DNA of 64,000 nucleotides from Candidatus Magasanikiibacteriota bacterium (GCA_049287025.1 JBAQFA010000022.1:30225-94224); one strand, 5' to 3'. Positions 26,988 through 37,789 are shown, counted from the stretch's first letter. Program-made: numbers and translations. Notes: a model not told the origin generated them from the letters alone.

Positions 26988-27776
26988 TTAGTTAATAAAG
27001 TTTTTAATTATTTCTAATAATTTTTCTTTTGTCTGTAAGTGTAGACCGTGTCTGGCATTTTTAATTATTTCTAATTTTGAATTTTTGATTAGTCCATTCA
27101 ATTTGTAAGCATCAGACACTGGTAAATAACCATCCATAGTGCCCCAGACAATTAGAGTTGGTACAGTGATTTTACTGGCTTCCTCTCCCCTATCTTGGCG
27201 AATAATATTTTTAAAAATTTCCCGTTTTATGCCTGAAGTGTCATGGTAATCTTTAGCGCCAATGGCTTTGTGGAAAACATCCTCAGCCCAGAGCGAACCT
27301 TTTTCTATCCACGGAATTTTGAAAATTAGTTTGCCAAATTTTGCAGCAAAATTAAAAATTACTCGTCTAAAAGTTTTTTTTGGTCTAAATACTGCTGGAG
27401 CTACTAAAATTAACTTATCAATCATGTCTGGATATTTACTTGTAAATACAGTGGCGACTTGACCGCCGAAAGAGTGGCCTAACATCACTAATCCTGAGGA
27501 GTCCGCAGACGACGAAGGATCCTGTTGTATTTTCAATTCAATGTTGGATTCATTATCATCGAGATCTTTCGACTTCGTCTCAAGATTGTGTTTTACAAAT
27601 TCAACATAATCTTCTACTCCCCAAACAGTGTCAGGACATGGTTCATTACCAAAACAAGGTAATTCAATAATCTGAATATCAAAATCATTACTGGCTAATT
27701 CAGCAAATTCTTTCCACGTGGCTTTGTTTCCTCCCCAACCTGGCAAAATTATGAGTTGTTGTCTTGAATTATTCAT
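26988..27776 (-). CDS. alpha/beta hydrolase carrying in-frame palindromic-element insertion
   Basis: GHSFGG nucleophile elbow; insertion 27488-27580. Confidence 0.6.
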   Translation of the reverse strand: MNNSRQQLIILPGWGGNKATWKEFAELASNDFDIQIIELPCFGNEPCPDTVWGVEDYVEFVKHNLETKSKDLDDNESNIELKIQQDPSSSADSSGLVMLGHSFGGQVATVFTSKYPDMIDKLILVAPAVFRPKKTFRRVIFNFAAKFGKLIFKIPWIEKGSLWAEDVFHKAIGAKDYHDTSGIKREIFKNIIRQDRGEEASKITVPTLIVWGTMDGYLPVSDAYKLNGLIKNSKLEIIKNARHGLHLQTKEKLLEIIKNFIN

Positions 27777-27826
27777 TTCATTTCTATCTGATTTTTTAAC
27801 AAAGATTAATAATATTTATATGATTT

Positions 27827-28345
27827 TTATTTTGTGTATATAGAACCAAACCTTCCCTCTGATAAAATTTTTACAATTTCCCCTGGTTCAAATATTCTAC
27901 CATTCATACAAACATATATACCAGGTTCTAATTCTTGTGATTTTGCTACAGCATAACCAAGATTAAAACCTGCATCAGTTGGACTGAATCCCATTAGCGG
28001 AATCATAGAACAAACGAATATAATTGTTTTATTATTATTTTTTAATTGTGCTTTTATATAACGGGCAGTATCTGGCAAAGTATAAGTTCCATGTGTGATG
28101 ATGATTCTATCAGATTTACTATTTTTAATTTCTTTTAAAATATTTTTTCTGTCCGTTCTAGTTAGTTGTCTACTATCTTTCATGCAAACTTCAGTGAAAT
28201 CAGTTTTTTCATAGAGTTTTAAAGATTTAATGAATTTAGGAACAGCAGATTGTTCATTAGGGATAGCAGTATCTTTGGTCCCGTCATAATATGAATCAAT
28301 TGTGCCTCCAGTTATAATGAAATGGATTGTATTTTTTTTAGACAT
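27827..28345 (-). CDS. asparaginase-like N-terminal domain protein
   Basis: FIITGGTIDS motif. Confidence 0.5.
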   Translation of the reverse strand: MSKKNTIHFIITGGTIDSYYDGTKDTAIPNEQSAVPKFIKSLKLYEKTDFTEVCMKDSRQLTRTDRKNILKEIKNSKSDRIIITHGTYTLPDTARYIKAQLKNNNKTIIFVCSMIPLMGFSPTDAGFNLGYAVAKSQELEPGIYVCMNGRIFEPGEIVKILSEGRFGSIYTK

Positions 28346-28350
28346 AATTT

Positions 28351-29580
28351 CTATTTTAAAAATTTTTTATTCATAAATTTTTGCAACACCTCTGGCACTA
28401 GTACACTGCCATCAGCTTGTTGGAATTGCTCTAAAATAGCCGGAATAAGACGGCTGGTAGCTAGACCAGAAGCATTGAGAGTGTGAACAAATTTATTACC
28501 GTTTTCAGATTTGTAACGGATATTGCCCCGGCGAGCTTGATAATCAAGTGCATTGGAGGCACTACTAACTTCTTTATAAATTTCCATGCTTGGAATCCAG
28601 ACTTCTACGTCCATGGTTTTTGACATTGCAGCCGAAGCATCACCAGCCGCCAAGAGTGAAGTTTGATAATGCAAACCCAAACCCTCAACTAGTTTTTCTA
28701 CGGCATTGACCATTTCAGCAAAAGCTTCCCAAGATTTGTCTTCGGTTGTAAATTGGAACATTTCAATTTTATTAAACTGGTGTCCGCGGACCATTCCCCT
28801 TTCTTCTTTTCTATAACTTCCGGCTTCTCTTCTAAAACAAGTAGAATAAGCATAATATTTGATTGGTAAATCTTCGCCAGATAAAATTTCATCGCGATGG
28901 TAATTGCCGAGCATCATTTCTGAAGTGGCATTTAGACAATTGCCATCCTGAGTCCAATACAAATCATCTCTAAATTTTGGCAAATGACCAGACACGTAAG
29001 CTGAATCTTCGTTTAATAAATATGGTGGAATAATAAAAGTATAGCCATTATTGCGATGAAATTCTATAAAATAATTTAACAAAGCCCATTCTAATAAAGC
29101 GCCATCACCTTTATAAATCCAAAAGCCAGCCCCAGACATTTTGGCTGCGCGTTCATAATCAATCAATCCTAATGAAGTGGCTAGTTCCACATGATCTTTT
29201 GGAACAAAATCAAATTTCGGTTTGGCTCCAAAAGTTTTTATAACTTTATTATTTTCTTTGCCCCCAGCTGAGACATCGTCAGCGGGAATATTAGGTAAAG
29301 CCGATAATTTTTCTTTTAGATTTTCCTCTACATTTTTCAATTCATCATCAAGTTTTTTTATTTCATCTCCCAATGTTCTCATGTTGGTAATTTCTTCCGG
29401 AGTAGGTTTGCCTTTACTGCCTTTATTTCTTTCGGCTTTCAATTCATCCACTTTGGTAATTATATTTTTTCTTTCATCATCTAACTTAATAATAGTTTCC
29501 AAATCAACGCTTTCCATTCGTTTCAGAAGCGCTTGTTTAACTTCGTTTGTTTTTTCACGGATTAAATTTATGTCTAACAT
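28351..29580 (-). CDS. serS: seryl-tRNA synthetase
   Basis: coiled-coil arm and class II motifs. Confidence 0.9.
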   Translation of the reverse strand: MLDINLIREKTNEVKQALLKRMESVDLETIIKLDDERKNIITKVDELKAERNKGSKGKPTPEEITNMRTLGDEIKKLDDELKNVEENLKEKLSALPNIPADDVSAGGKENNKVIKTFGAKPKFDFVPKDHVELATSLGLIDYERAAKMSGAGFWIYKGDGALLEWALLNYFIEFHRNNGYTFIIPPYLLNEDSAYVSGHLPKFRDDLYWTQDGNCLNATSEMMLGNYHRDEILSGEDLPIKYYAYSTCFRREAGSYRKEERGMVRGHQFNKIEMFQFTTEDKSWEAFAEMVNAVEKLVEGLGLHYQTSLLAAGDASAAMSKTMDVEVWIPSMEIYKEVSSASNALDYQARRGNIRYKSENGNKFVHTLNASGLATSRLIPAILEQFQQADGSVLVPEVLQKFMNKKFLK

Positions 29581-29622
29581 ATAAAAAGGAATAAAGAATA
29601 AGGATTAAGGAGTAAATAATTT

Positions 29623-30081
29623 TTATTCATAACTTTTTGCCTGATATGATATAGGAAAAAGTTCTTGTGAGTCTGTTTTAATTATTTTAGAAAAGTCTTC
29701 GTTAGCGAGTAGGATATTTATCTTTTTATTTTCACCTGAATAATTTTCTGCTTCACTTAAGATTTGTCTACACAATCCACAAGGTGAAATTATTTCATTT
29801 TCCATTTTACCATCATAAAAACCCACAATAGCGATCATTTCATAATTATAATTTTTATCAAAAATAGCTTTATCTAGAGCCATACGTTCAGCACAAGTGG
29901 AATTACTAACATTTGTACGGCGGACACTAGTACCCTCATAAGCAGTTCCGTCTGTACATAGTAACGCTGCACCAACATGTCTAGTACCTCTTTTATTCCA
30001 ATAATGATTTCCTGCTTGTTTCGCTTGGTCAAGCAAATCTTTTTCAATTTGATTTAATTTTTCCAAAGAGGTTTCCTGCAT
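29623..30081 (-). CDS. cdd: cytidine deaminase
   Basis: CAER and PCGLCRQ zinc motifs. Confidence 0.8.
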   Translation of the reverse strand: MQETSLEKLNQIEKDLLDQAKQAGNHYWNKRGTRHVGAALLCTDGTAYEGTSVRRTNVSNSTCAERMALDKAIFDKNYNYEMIAIVGFYDGKMENEIISPCGLCRQILSEAENYSGENKKINILLANEDFSKIIKTDSQELFPISYQAKSYE

Positions 30082-30083
30082 AT

Positions 30084-31109
30084 TTATAAATTATTTTCTT
30101 GAATAGCATTTAATAATTCTGGCATCATTTGGTCAAGCCATTCATTGTCTCCAGGTAAAAAATTATATTTGCTGTGAGTAGTAGGATCAATCCATTTGGC
30201 ATCCAAGACTTCGTTATTATTGATATTTAGTTTACCACCGGTTATTTTACACACCACTGGCACAAGATAAACTTGATAACTAAAATTAGGAAATTTATGA
30301 TTTTTCACTGCAATTTTTTGCAATTGTTTAACAACTTTTATTTTATACCCGACTTCTTCTTTGGCTTCTTTGATAACCGTACTTTCTACTGATTCTCCAA
30401 AATCACAAATTCCACCAGGTACTTCCCATTTTTTATGTGATTCTTTGCGGTGTGGATCATTGCGTAGAGTGATTAATAATTTTCCGTCTTGAATTATCAA
30501 AGCGCACGGGACCACAATATGCTTGGCGCCAAATTGATTTTGCAAATAGTATTTTATTTTTTGTAAAGCCTTGCCACGGTGAGAACAAGAATTTTTTTCT
30601 TGCATATCCATCTCAGCATAGGTTTTTTTCTTCTCATTTACATGAAAAATTGGATCATAAGCAAAACCATCTTTACCTATTTCTTTTTCCGTGATTTTTC
30701 CTTCAGTCAATCCACTAACTAGATACACATCTTGATTATTTTGATTATAAAGTGAACAGACAATCGCAAAAGTAGCCGAACGATTTTTCTTGGCTTTCAT
30801 TTTTTCTAAAATAATTTTTCTTCTTTCTTCGTCAGTCTTGCCAATGCGAGCTGAATAAACACCCGGATAATTTTTTAGAGCCTTAACAAAAATACCGGAA
30901 TCTTCACTTAGAGTAATTAGACCAGTCTTTTCGCCATAATAGCTAGCTTTGAGCATGGCATTTTGTTCTAGAGTAATACCATTTTCGTCTGGTTCAGGAA
31001 TGTTTTTATCCAAGTCTTTTAAACTCAAAAATTCAAATGGCAAATCACCTAAGAATTCTTTAATTTCTTTAAATTTTCCAGAATTTGTTGTTGCTATCAA
31101 AATTTTCAT
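30084..31109 (-). CDS. RdgB/HAM1 NTP pyrophosphatase fused to NUDIX hydrolase
   Basis: N-terminal TTNSGKFKE; C-terminal Nudix box GGICDFGESVESTVIKEAKEEVG. Confidence 0.75.
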   Translation of the reverse strand: MKILIATTNSGKFKEIKEFLGDLPFEFLSLKDLDKNIPEPDENGITLEQNAMLKASYYGEKTGLITLSEDSGIFVKALKNYPGVYSARIGKTDEERRKIILEKMKAKKNRSATFAIVCSLYNQNNQDVYLVSGLTEGKITEKEIGKDGFAYDPIFHVNEKKKTYAEMDMQEKNSCSHRGKALQKIKYYLQNQFGAKHIVVPCALIIQDGKLLITLRNDPHRKESHKKWEVPGGICDFGESVESTVIKEAKEEVGYKIKVVKQLQKIAVKNHKFPNFSYQVYLVPVVCKITGGKLNINNNEVLDAKWIDPTTHSKYNFLPGDNEWLDQMMPELLNAIQENNL

Positions 31110-31123
31110 ATTAGTGTCAGCTC

Positions 31124-31140
31124 CTCCCCTATAAGGGGAG
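31124..31140. repeat. GC-rich palindrome ctcccctataaggggag (family B)
   Basis: perfect 6-bp arms. Confidence 0.6.
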
Positions 31141-31230
31141 GTTGGGTGGGGTCTTAATTATCTCGAACTATATTGTTACTTAATAAAAAGTTTATTACAT
31201 ACAACGACCCCCTCGGTCACTTCGTGTCGG

Positions 31231-31249
31231 CTCCCCCTCATAGGGGGAG
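31231..31249. repeat. GC-rich palindrome ctccccctcatagggggag (family B)
   Basis: perfect 7-bp arms; third copy in-frame at 43565. Confidence 0.6.
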
Positions 31250-31251
31250 AG

Positions 31252-31671
31252 TTAGACGAGACGTTCAATATATTTTCTAATTTTATTTGATTTTAATTCA
31301 TTTGCTCTATAGGGGGTTAATTTTACAATTTTTGTATTTAACCCAAAACTAGTAATGGCATCCTCCAGTTTATCAACATAAACTTTTTGATCATAGCCAA
31401 GAGCGATTATGTCTGGTTTTTTTTCTTTGATTACTTTATAAACATCGGTCTTATCACCCAAAATAACTTCATCAATCAAATCAATATGTTTTAAAAAATC
31501 AAGTCGTTCTTTTTCACTATGCAGAGCACCATATTGTTTTATTCTTTCTACATTAATATCTCTGGCCACAACTGCAATAACATAGTCACCATATTCTTTG
31601 GCTTCCTTAAACATGTGGATGTGTCCACCATGGATAATATCAAATGTACCAAAGATCATTACTTTTTTCAT
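31252..31671 (-). CDS. cytidylyltransferase-like (HxGH) nucleotidyltransferase
   Basis: GTFDIIHGGH motif. Confidence 0.65.
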   Translation of the reverse strand: MKKVMIFGTFDIIHGGHIHMFKEAKEYGDYVIAVVARDINVERIKQYGALHSEKERLDFLKHIDLIDEVILGDKTDVYKVIKEKKPDIIALGYDQKVYVDKLEDAITSFGLNTKIVKLTPYRANELKSNKIRKYIERLV

Positions 31672-31699
31672 AACACAGATTTAAACAGATTATTCTGGA

Positions 31700-32098
31700 T
31701 TATACAGATTTAAATTTATTATAGTTTCTGTAATTTGCGATTCTTTTTACTTCTAAACTAGGATTGCTAAAATTGATTAACAAACCAACTTCTAAATTAC
31801 TTGCTTTGAGATAAGAAACTGTTTGGGTTTGAAAAATTTTTGGTAGATCTCCACTAACAGCCTTGAGTTCCACTATTATTTTGTTATTTATTAATAAGTC
31901 TACTCTGAAAATACCAATTAATTTATTTTTGTAATAAACATCATACTCGTATTCTGTTTCAACTTTAAAATTTTCTTCTAATAAATCATTTAGCATGGCT
32001 TGGTGATAAATTTCTTCTTTAAAACCAGGACCCAATTGAGTATGTATTTTCATTGCAATACCAATTATTTTTTTTGTTAAATCCACATCTTTATACAT
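31700..32098 (-). CDS. GxxExxY family protein
   Basis: GPGFKEEIY motif. Confidence 0.7.
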   Translation of the reverse strand: MYKDVDLTKKIIGIAMKIHTQLGPGFKEEIYHQAMLNDLLEENFKVETEYEYDVYYKNKLIGIFRVDLLINNKIIVELKAVSGDLPKIFQTQTVSYLKASNLEVGLLINFSNPSLEVKRIANYRNYNKFKSV

Positions 32099-32121
32099 AA
32101 TATTACTATCTGTAAAATCTT

Positions 32122-33618
32122 TTAAAAATCTGTGGAATCTGTGTTTTGTTCAACAGGTTTCATCAAAGGAAATAGTGTCACTTCTCTTAAAGTATGTGAA
32201 CCAGTAATAAGAGCGGCAAAACGATCAATTCCAATACCAGTACCGGTCGCTGGTGGCATGCCATGTTCTAGTGCTTCTACATAATCCCAATCATTATTCA
32301 TGGCTTCTTCATCACCCTCGGCTTTGTTTTTTACTTGCTCAGCAAAACGTTCCCGTTGATCCACTGGATCATTTAATTCGGTATAAGAATTACTCAATTC
32401 AAAACCATTCACAATCAACTGGAACATCTCAGTATAGCGTGAATCCTCAGCTTTTTTGGCCAATGGTTTTAATTCTATGGGATAATTCAAAACAAAAGTT
32501 GGTTGAATTAATTTTGGTCTGGTTGATTGTTTGTATAGTTCATCAATTAATTTTCCCCGTTCAGTAATATCTTCCGGATCATAACCTTTTGTCTTCATTT
32601 CTTTTGCTAGTGATTCCACATCAGTAAAATTATTTATATCAATTCCAGAATATTCTAAAACTGCATCATGAAAAGTGATTCGTTTGTATGGTCCAGCAAA
32701 ATTAATTTTTTGACCGTCAACTTCTACTTCTAATTTACCAACTGATTTTTCTACCACAAAAGGAATTAATTCCTCATGCATTTTCATATTGTCTTCGTAG
32801 TCAGCATAAGCCCAATAATATTCTATCATGGTAAATTCTGGATTGTGTTGGTGATCAACGCCTTCATTTCGGAAAGCGCGTCCCATTTCAAAGGTGCGTT
32901 CAAAGCCCCCAACTAACAATCTTTTTTGCCATAATTCTCCCATACAAATGCGTAAATGTACTGGCAAGTTGTAAGCATTGAGATGGGTGTCAAATGTTTT
33001 GGCCATAGCTCCCGAGGCAATAGTTTCCAAAACAGGTGTTTCTACTTCAACAAAGTCCTTGCTAAACATAAACTCACGCATATAACGTAAAATTCGTCCG
33101 CGAGCGAGAATTTTTTCCTTCTCTTCTGGATTGACCAAGAAATCAATATATCTTTTGCGATAACGAGCTTCTTCATCTTGTAAACCATGAAATTTGTCGG
33201 GTAAAGGTAAGAGTGATTTGGCCAACAAATTCCATTTTTTAACTAAAATTGATGGCTCACCTTTGTGGGTGGTAAATTTTTCTCCTTCCACAGAAATAAT
33301 GTCTCCAATATCAATTTTTTTGACAAATAATTTATAGTCAGCCTCATCAATTTCCCCTTGTTTAAAAGCCACTTGCATTTGGCCAGAATTATCTTGTAAA
33401 TGACAAAAAGTCAGTTTGCCCATATCGCGTTTTGTCATGATCCTACCGGCCGAAGCAATAAAATCGCCCTCGTTTTTTTCTAGAGCCTGTTTAAGGGTGT
33501 GTTCACGTTTTACTCTAGCTGGATAAGGGTTAACACCAGCTTCTCTTAGTTCTTCTAGTTTTTTTAGACGAATCGCCCGTTCGTCGTTTATATTGATTTC
33601 TGGAGAAATATTATCCAT
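32122..33618 (-). CDS. lysS: lysyl-tRNA synthetase class II
   Basis: OB-fold N-domain plus class II motifs. Confidence 0.9.
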   Translation of the reverse strand: MDNISPEININDERAIRLKKLEELREAGVNPYPARVKREHTLKQALEKNEGDFIASAGRIMTKRDMGKLTFCHLQDNSGQMQVAFKQGEIDEADYKLFVKKIDIGDIISVEGEKFTTHKGEPSILVKKWNLLAKSLLPLPDKFHGLQDEEARYRKRYIDFLVNPEEKEKILARGRILRYMREFMFSKDFVEVETPVLETIASGAMAKTFDTHLNAYNLPVHLRICMGELWQKRLLVGGFERTFEMGRAFRNEGVDHQHNPEFTMIEYYWAYADYEDNMKMHEELIPFVVEKSVGKLEVEVDGQKINFAGPYKRITFHDAVLEYSGIDINNFTDVESLAKEMKTKGYDPEDITERGKLIDELYKQSTRPKLIQPTFVLNYPIELKPLAKKAEDSRYTEMFQLIVNGFELSNSYTELNDPVDQRERFAEQVKNKAEGDEEAMNNDWDYVEALEHGMPPATGTGIGIDRFAALITGSHTLREVTLFPLMKPVEQNTDSTDF

Positions 33619-33691
33619 ATATATAAAAAATTGGCTAATAGAATTAGACTTAATTATGTAATTATTTTAACATAAAATTTATTTAAATACA

Positions 33692-33715
33692 AATACCCCC
33701 AAATTTGGGGGTATT
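33692..33715. terminator. bidirectional terminator aatacccccaaatttgggggtatt
   Basis: perfect 12-bp palindrome flanked by A/T runs. Confidence 0.7.
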
Positions 33716-33731
33716 TTGCTATTTTTAGCAG

Positions 33732-34202
33732 TTATTTCACTTGTAAAATCTTGAATTCTTGCACCCCAGACGGCAATTGTACTTCAACCTTATCCCCCTT
33801 CTTCTTACTCATAAAAGCAGATCCCAAAGGAGATTCATTGGAAATTTTGCCAGTGGATGGATCAGCTTCTTGGGCTCCAACAATAGTATATTCTTTTTCA
33901 CCGCGTTCGCCTCTAACCAAAACAGTTGAGCCAATGTTTACTGTTCCACCAGTTTGTGTGTCTTCATCTATAATTTCAGAATTTTCCAAAATATATTGAA
34001 TTTGTTTGACTCGGCTTTGTGCCCAGGCCATGTCCTCACGAGCTTGGTGGTATTCGGCATTTTCTGACAAATCTCCCATTTGTCTAGCATCATCAATTCT
34101 TTTGGCTAGAGCAGGGATTTTTTCTTCTCTTAGTTCTTTTAGTTCGGCTTCTAATGATTCTAGCTTGTCCTGGCTCATGTACTGAGTAATTTCATCTGGC
34201 AT
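33732..34202 (-). CDS. greA: transcription elongation factor GreA
   Basis: coiled-coil N-domain and FKBP-like C-domain. Confidence 0.85.
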   Translation of the reverse strand: MPDEITQYMSQDKLESLEAELKELREEKIPALAKRIDDARQMGDLSENAEYHQAREDMAWAQSRVKQIQYILENSEIIDEDTQTGGTVNIGSTVLVRGERGEKEYTIVGAQEADPSTGKISNESPLGSAFMSKKKGDKVEVQLPSGVQEFKILQVK

Positions 34203-34402
34203 AGTAATTGTTTATTATATAAAATATTTAAAGTAATAAAAACCGCTTTTTCGCGGACTGTGTAATAGTATTATAACAGAGTGAGAGCTGGCGTCAAATA
34301 ATCTTATCCACACTTGTCATAAAGATACAAAATACAAGCGAGTCCTACAAATATGTTTTAATTTAAAAAATTGTATTTTGTTACGTGTATTTTGTTTGTT
34401 GT

Positions 34403-36400
34403 CTATTGTTTCGTGTATTTACCCCACCATTGATAAAATTCATAAGCAATCGGAGCTGAAATTGAACTTCCCTCTCCACCCTCCTCTACCATGATAGTGA
34501 CAACAATTTCTGGATTATCAAATGGCGCAAAAGAAGTGAACCAAGCGTGGTTTTCTTTGTTAGAATTCCATTGGGCTGTACCAGTTTTTCCAGCCGAAGT
34601 AAAAGGTAAAAGAGCTAAACGTCGGCATGAACCATAGATAACACAGTCGCGCATACCAAGTCTGACAATGTTAATATTTTTTTCATCTATAAAATTTTTA
34701 TTAATTATTTCTGGAGAAATAGTTTGTTCTTCTTTGGTAATTGGGTCAACAGCCGATTTAACAATTTGTGGTTTATAAATAGTGCCACCATTGGCAATGG
34801 TAGCTGTCATATTGGCAATTTGTAGTGGTGTAACAATCAAATCGCCTTGGCCAATTGATAAATTGTAAGTATCACCAACATACCACCGTTCTTTTTTGGT
34901 AGTTTCTTTCCATTCTTTTGAAGGTAAAAATCCAGCCTGTTCCCCTGGTAAATCTATACCTGATTTGACAGCAAAATTAAATTTACGCAAATAATCAGTA
35001 ATTTTGTTTACACCCAAACCTACAAAGTCATTGTATCCCCCACCAATATAATAATAAAAAGTATTTACAGACCAGGCCAAAGATTTTCTCACGTCAGTCA
35101 CACCATGACCCCCTGCTTGCCAATCGGGGAAAAACCAAGTACCAATTTGCAATCCACCCGTGCTTAAAAAACTAGTAGCACCGTTAATAATCTTTTCTTG
35201 CAAAGCGGCCGAAGCCATGACCGGCTTGATAGTGGAACCAGATGGATATGTACCGCCAATCGCCCGATTAAATAATGGATTATTGATATCTTCAATGTAT
35301 TTTTTGTAATTAGTTTGAGTAATTCCTCCAGAAAAGTCATTATTATCAAATGAAGGTAAACTTACCAAAGCTAGTATTTCTCCCGTGTTAGGATTCATTA
35401 CAATGCCACTAGCACGTTGTTTTTTGGCGACATCCAAATTTTGTTGGATAATTTTTTCTAAATTATTTTGCATGTTAGCATCAATCGCTAATTTGATATG
35501 AAATCCTGGCTTGGGTGGCTCTTCGGCAATAATAGATTGTTCTTTACCTGTCGCATTTACTTCTATACGTTTTTTTCCATAAGTCCCCCTCATAAAACTT
35601 TCATAACTTTTTTCTATGCCAGTTTTTCCTATACTGTCAGATGGCAAATAACCGGATTTGTACAATTCATCTAGTTCTGGTTTATTTAATTTTCCAATAT
35701 AACCTAAAACATGGGCAAATGAATTGGCTGTAGTGGTAGTGGTATTTTGTGCTTCTTCGGTCGGGTGCAAATATAATCTTTTGCTACTGCGTTGGATTTG
35801 AATTCCGGGTAGTTCATTGGAATCAATTAAAATTGATAAAGCTTTTTCATAATCTATGTCTTCTTTTATAATAATAGATTCATAACTATAAGAGCCATAC
35901 TCATCTAGAATTTTGTTAATTTCATTTTTATCAATGTTTAATAATTGAGAAAGTTTGTCTATTAAATTATTTTTGGTTTGTTTTTCTCTTGGCAAATCTT
36001 GGGGTACTAGAGCTAGAGAAAAGTTTGGAATATTTTTTGTTAATTGAATATTATTTCTATCATAAACCAAACCCCGTTCAGCCACAATCGGGATTATTCT
36101 CTCTCGATTATTTTCCGCTGATAATTGGTAGACGTCAGCTTTAATAATTTGCAAATAGATTAAACGAGTGATGATTAAAGAAAAAGATAATATTAAAAAT
36201 ACAAACAAATAAAAGTTTTTTTTCGGAGTAAAACTAGTATTGGTGTATTGACCAATTTGGGGAGTTGAAACTTGCCGATCAGTTTTATTTTCAAAATATA
36301 AAGATTCTTCTGTCCAAGATTTACGATATCTACCATCAAGAGAACCACTATTTATGTCAGAAGAATTGATTTCAAAAAAGTTTTTATTATTATCACTCAT
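34403..36400 (-). CDS. mrdA: penicillin-binding protein 2 (rod-complex transpeptidase)
   Basis: STIK, SGN-type, KTG motifs; clustered with mreBCD. Confidence 0.85.
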   Translation of the reverse strand: MSDNNKNFFEINSSDINSGSLDGRYRKSWTEESLYFENKTDRQVSTPQIGQYTNTSFTPKKNFYLFVFLILSFSLIITRLIYLQIIKADVYQLSAENNRERIIPIVAERGLVYDRNNIQLTKNIPNFSLALVPQDLPREKQTKNNLIDKLSQLLNIDKNEINKILDEYGSYSYESIIIKEDIDYEKALSILIDSNELPGIQIQRSSKRLYLHPTEEAQNTTTTTANSFAHVLGYIGKLNKPELDELYKSGYLPSDSIGKTGIEKSYESFMRGTYGKKRIEVNATGKEQSIIAEEPPKPGFHIKLAIDANMQNNLEKIIQQNLDVAKKQRASGIVMNPNTGEILALVSLPSFDNNDFSGGITQTNYKKYIEDINNPLFNRAIGGTYPSGSTIKPVMASAALQEKIINGATSFLSTGGLQIGTWFFPDWQAGGHGVTDVRKSLAWSVNTFYYYIGGGYNDFVGLGVNKITDYLRKFNFAVKSGIDLPGEQAGFLPSKEWKETTKKERWYVGDTYNLSIGQGDLIVTPLQIANMTATIANGGTIYKPQIVKSAVDPITKEEQTISPEIINKNFIDEKNINIVRLGMRDCVIYGSCRRLALLPFTSAGKTGTAQWNSNKENHAWFTSFAPFDNPEIVVTIMVEEGGEGSSISAPIAYEFYQWWGKYTKQ

Positions 36401-36939
36401 ATTTTGAATAGACCAGATTCTATAATAGTAGTATTAAAACGACGAGATGATTTAGAAATAATAAAATATATAATCGCTAAGGCAGTTAGAGTAAAGATAA
36501 ATTCCCAAAAAAAAGTTATAAAAATTGATTGCCAAGGAATGCTGGTAGTAAAAGATAAAAATTTAGCTAAAATTAGTAATAATAAGTACAGGACACGATA
36601 AAAAAATAAGGCGAAAAATCCAATAGCCAAAGTAGAAAGTAGAGAGCGGTTGGTAAAAATTTCTTGGTACAACCAATAAGTAAATAAGATGCTAATCGTA
36701 CTGGAAAAAAGTATAATACCAAATGGTGTAGTTGAAAAAAGTTCCAAAAGTAAATGTGAAAAAAACGCAAACCAAATAATTGTTCCTGAATTTTTCCAAA
36801 GAATAAAAATAATAATCGCAATAAATAAAATGTTTATTTTATTAAATGGATAAGGTAGTAAATAAGACAAGCCGATATTAAGAACTGTTAATATTATTAT
36901 AATAAGGCTAATACCAAAAAATCTTAAAAATTTTGCCAT
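36397..36939 (-). CDS. mreD: rod shape-determining protein MreD
   Basis: polytopic small membrane protein downstream of mreC. Confidence 0.55.
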   Translation of the reverse strand: MAKFLRFFGISLIIIILTVLNIGLSYLLPYPFNKINILFIAIIIFILWKNSGTIIWFAFFSHLLLELFSTTPFGIILFSSTISILFTYWLYQEIFTNRSLLSTLAIGFFALFFYRVLYLLLLILAKFLSFTTSIPWQSIFITFFWEFIFTLTALAIIYFIISKSSRRFNTTIIESGLFKI

Positions 36940-36940
36940 A

Positions 36941-37741
36941 TTATTTTTTTAGTTTTATGATGGATACCAAAAATATTTTATTCAAATCACCAGCCGTTTT
37001 TAATATGGCTTTTTGGAAAGGCTGATAAGCTTCTTTTTCAACCGCTTCAACCATACCAATTACCAATCCTTTTGGAATGGTAATTTCTAAACCCGAAGAT
37101 ACAATTATATCACCCACACCCACCTCTTCGTTTTGGGGAATATAGTTCATTTTTACACTAATACCATAACCACCTTCTACCAAACCAATACTTTTGTCTT
37201 GATTTAAAACTGTCGCGGCAATTTTACTTTGATTATCATTGATTAATCTAGCTGTGGCAGTATGTTCTTCTACCTTTATAATTTTACCCACTAAAATTCC
37301 TTCACCAATAATAACAGGAAAATCTTTTTCTATACCATCATTTGATCCACGATTTATAATAATAGAACTACCAACTGGATCAATGTTTTTTCCAATTACT
37401 TCGGCGCCAATAAAATCATAATTATTTTTCTTGGCAAAATTTAATTGATTTCTTAATTCAATATTTTCTTGTTCTAATAAATTATTATTAATGGCCTTTA
37501 ATTGACAACTTAAAAATTCTGATTTTGTATTTTTGTAAGCATTTTTTAATTCATCAATAGAGGAAAATTCGTCAGTTTCTCCGTCAATTTTTATGTTGGC
37601 TTTGTAGATTAGTTTTGAACTTGGCACCATAATTCCGCGCAAAAAATTTTCGATTGGATTTAACCAACCGATATAGTGGAGACTGCTAATTATTATAATG
37701 ACGAGAGAAACACTAAAAAATGTTTTTATTTTTTTATTCAT
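36941..37741 (-). CDS. mreC: rod shape-determining protein MreC
   Basis: N-terminal anchor, coiled coil, beta domain. Confidence 0.7.
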   Translation of the reverse strand: MNKKIKTFFSVSLVIIIISSLHYIGWLNPIENFLRGIMVPSSKLIYKANIKIDGETDEFSSIDELKNAYKNTKSEFLSCQLKAINNNLLEQENIELRNQLNFAKKNNYDFIGAEVIGKNIDPVGSSIIINRGSNDGIEKDFPVIIGEGILVGKIIKVEEHTATARLINDNQSKIAATVLNQDKSIGLVEGGYGISVKMNYIPQNEEVGVGDIIVSSGLEITIPKGLVIGMVEAVEKEAYQPFQKAILKTAGDLNKIFLVSIIKLKK

Positions 37742-37789
37742 AAAAGATTATTTTTCAAATCACGATTGGCTTTTATGATAGAGGATTTT

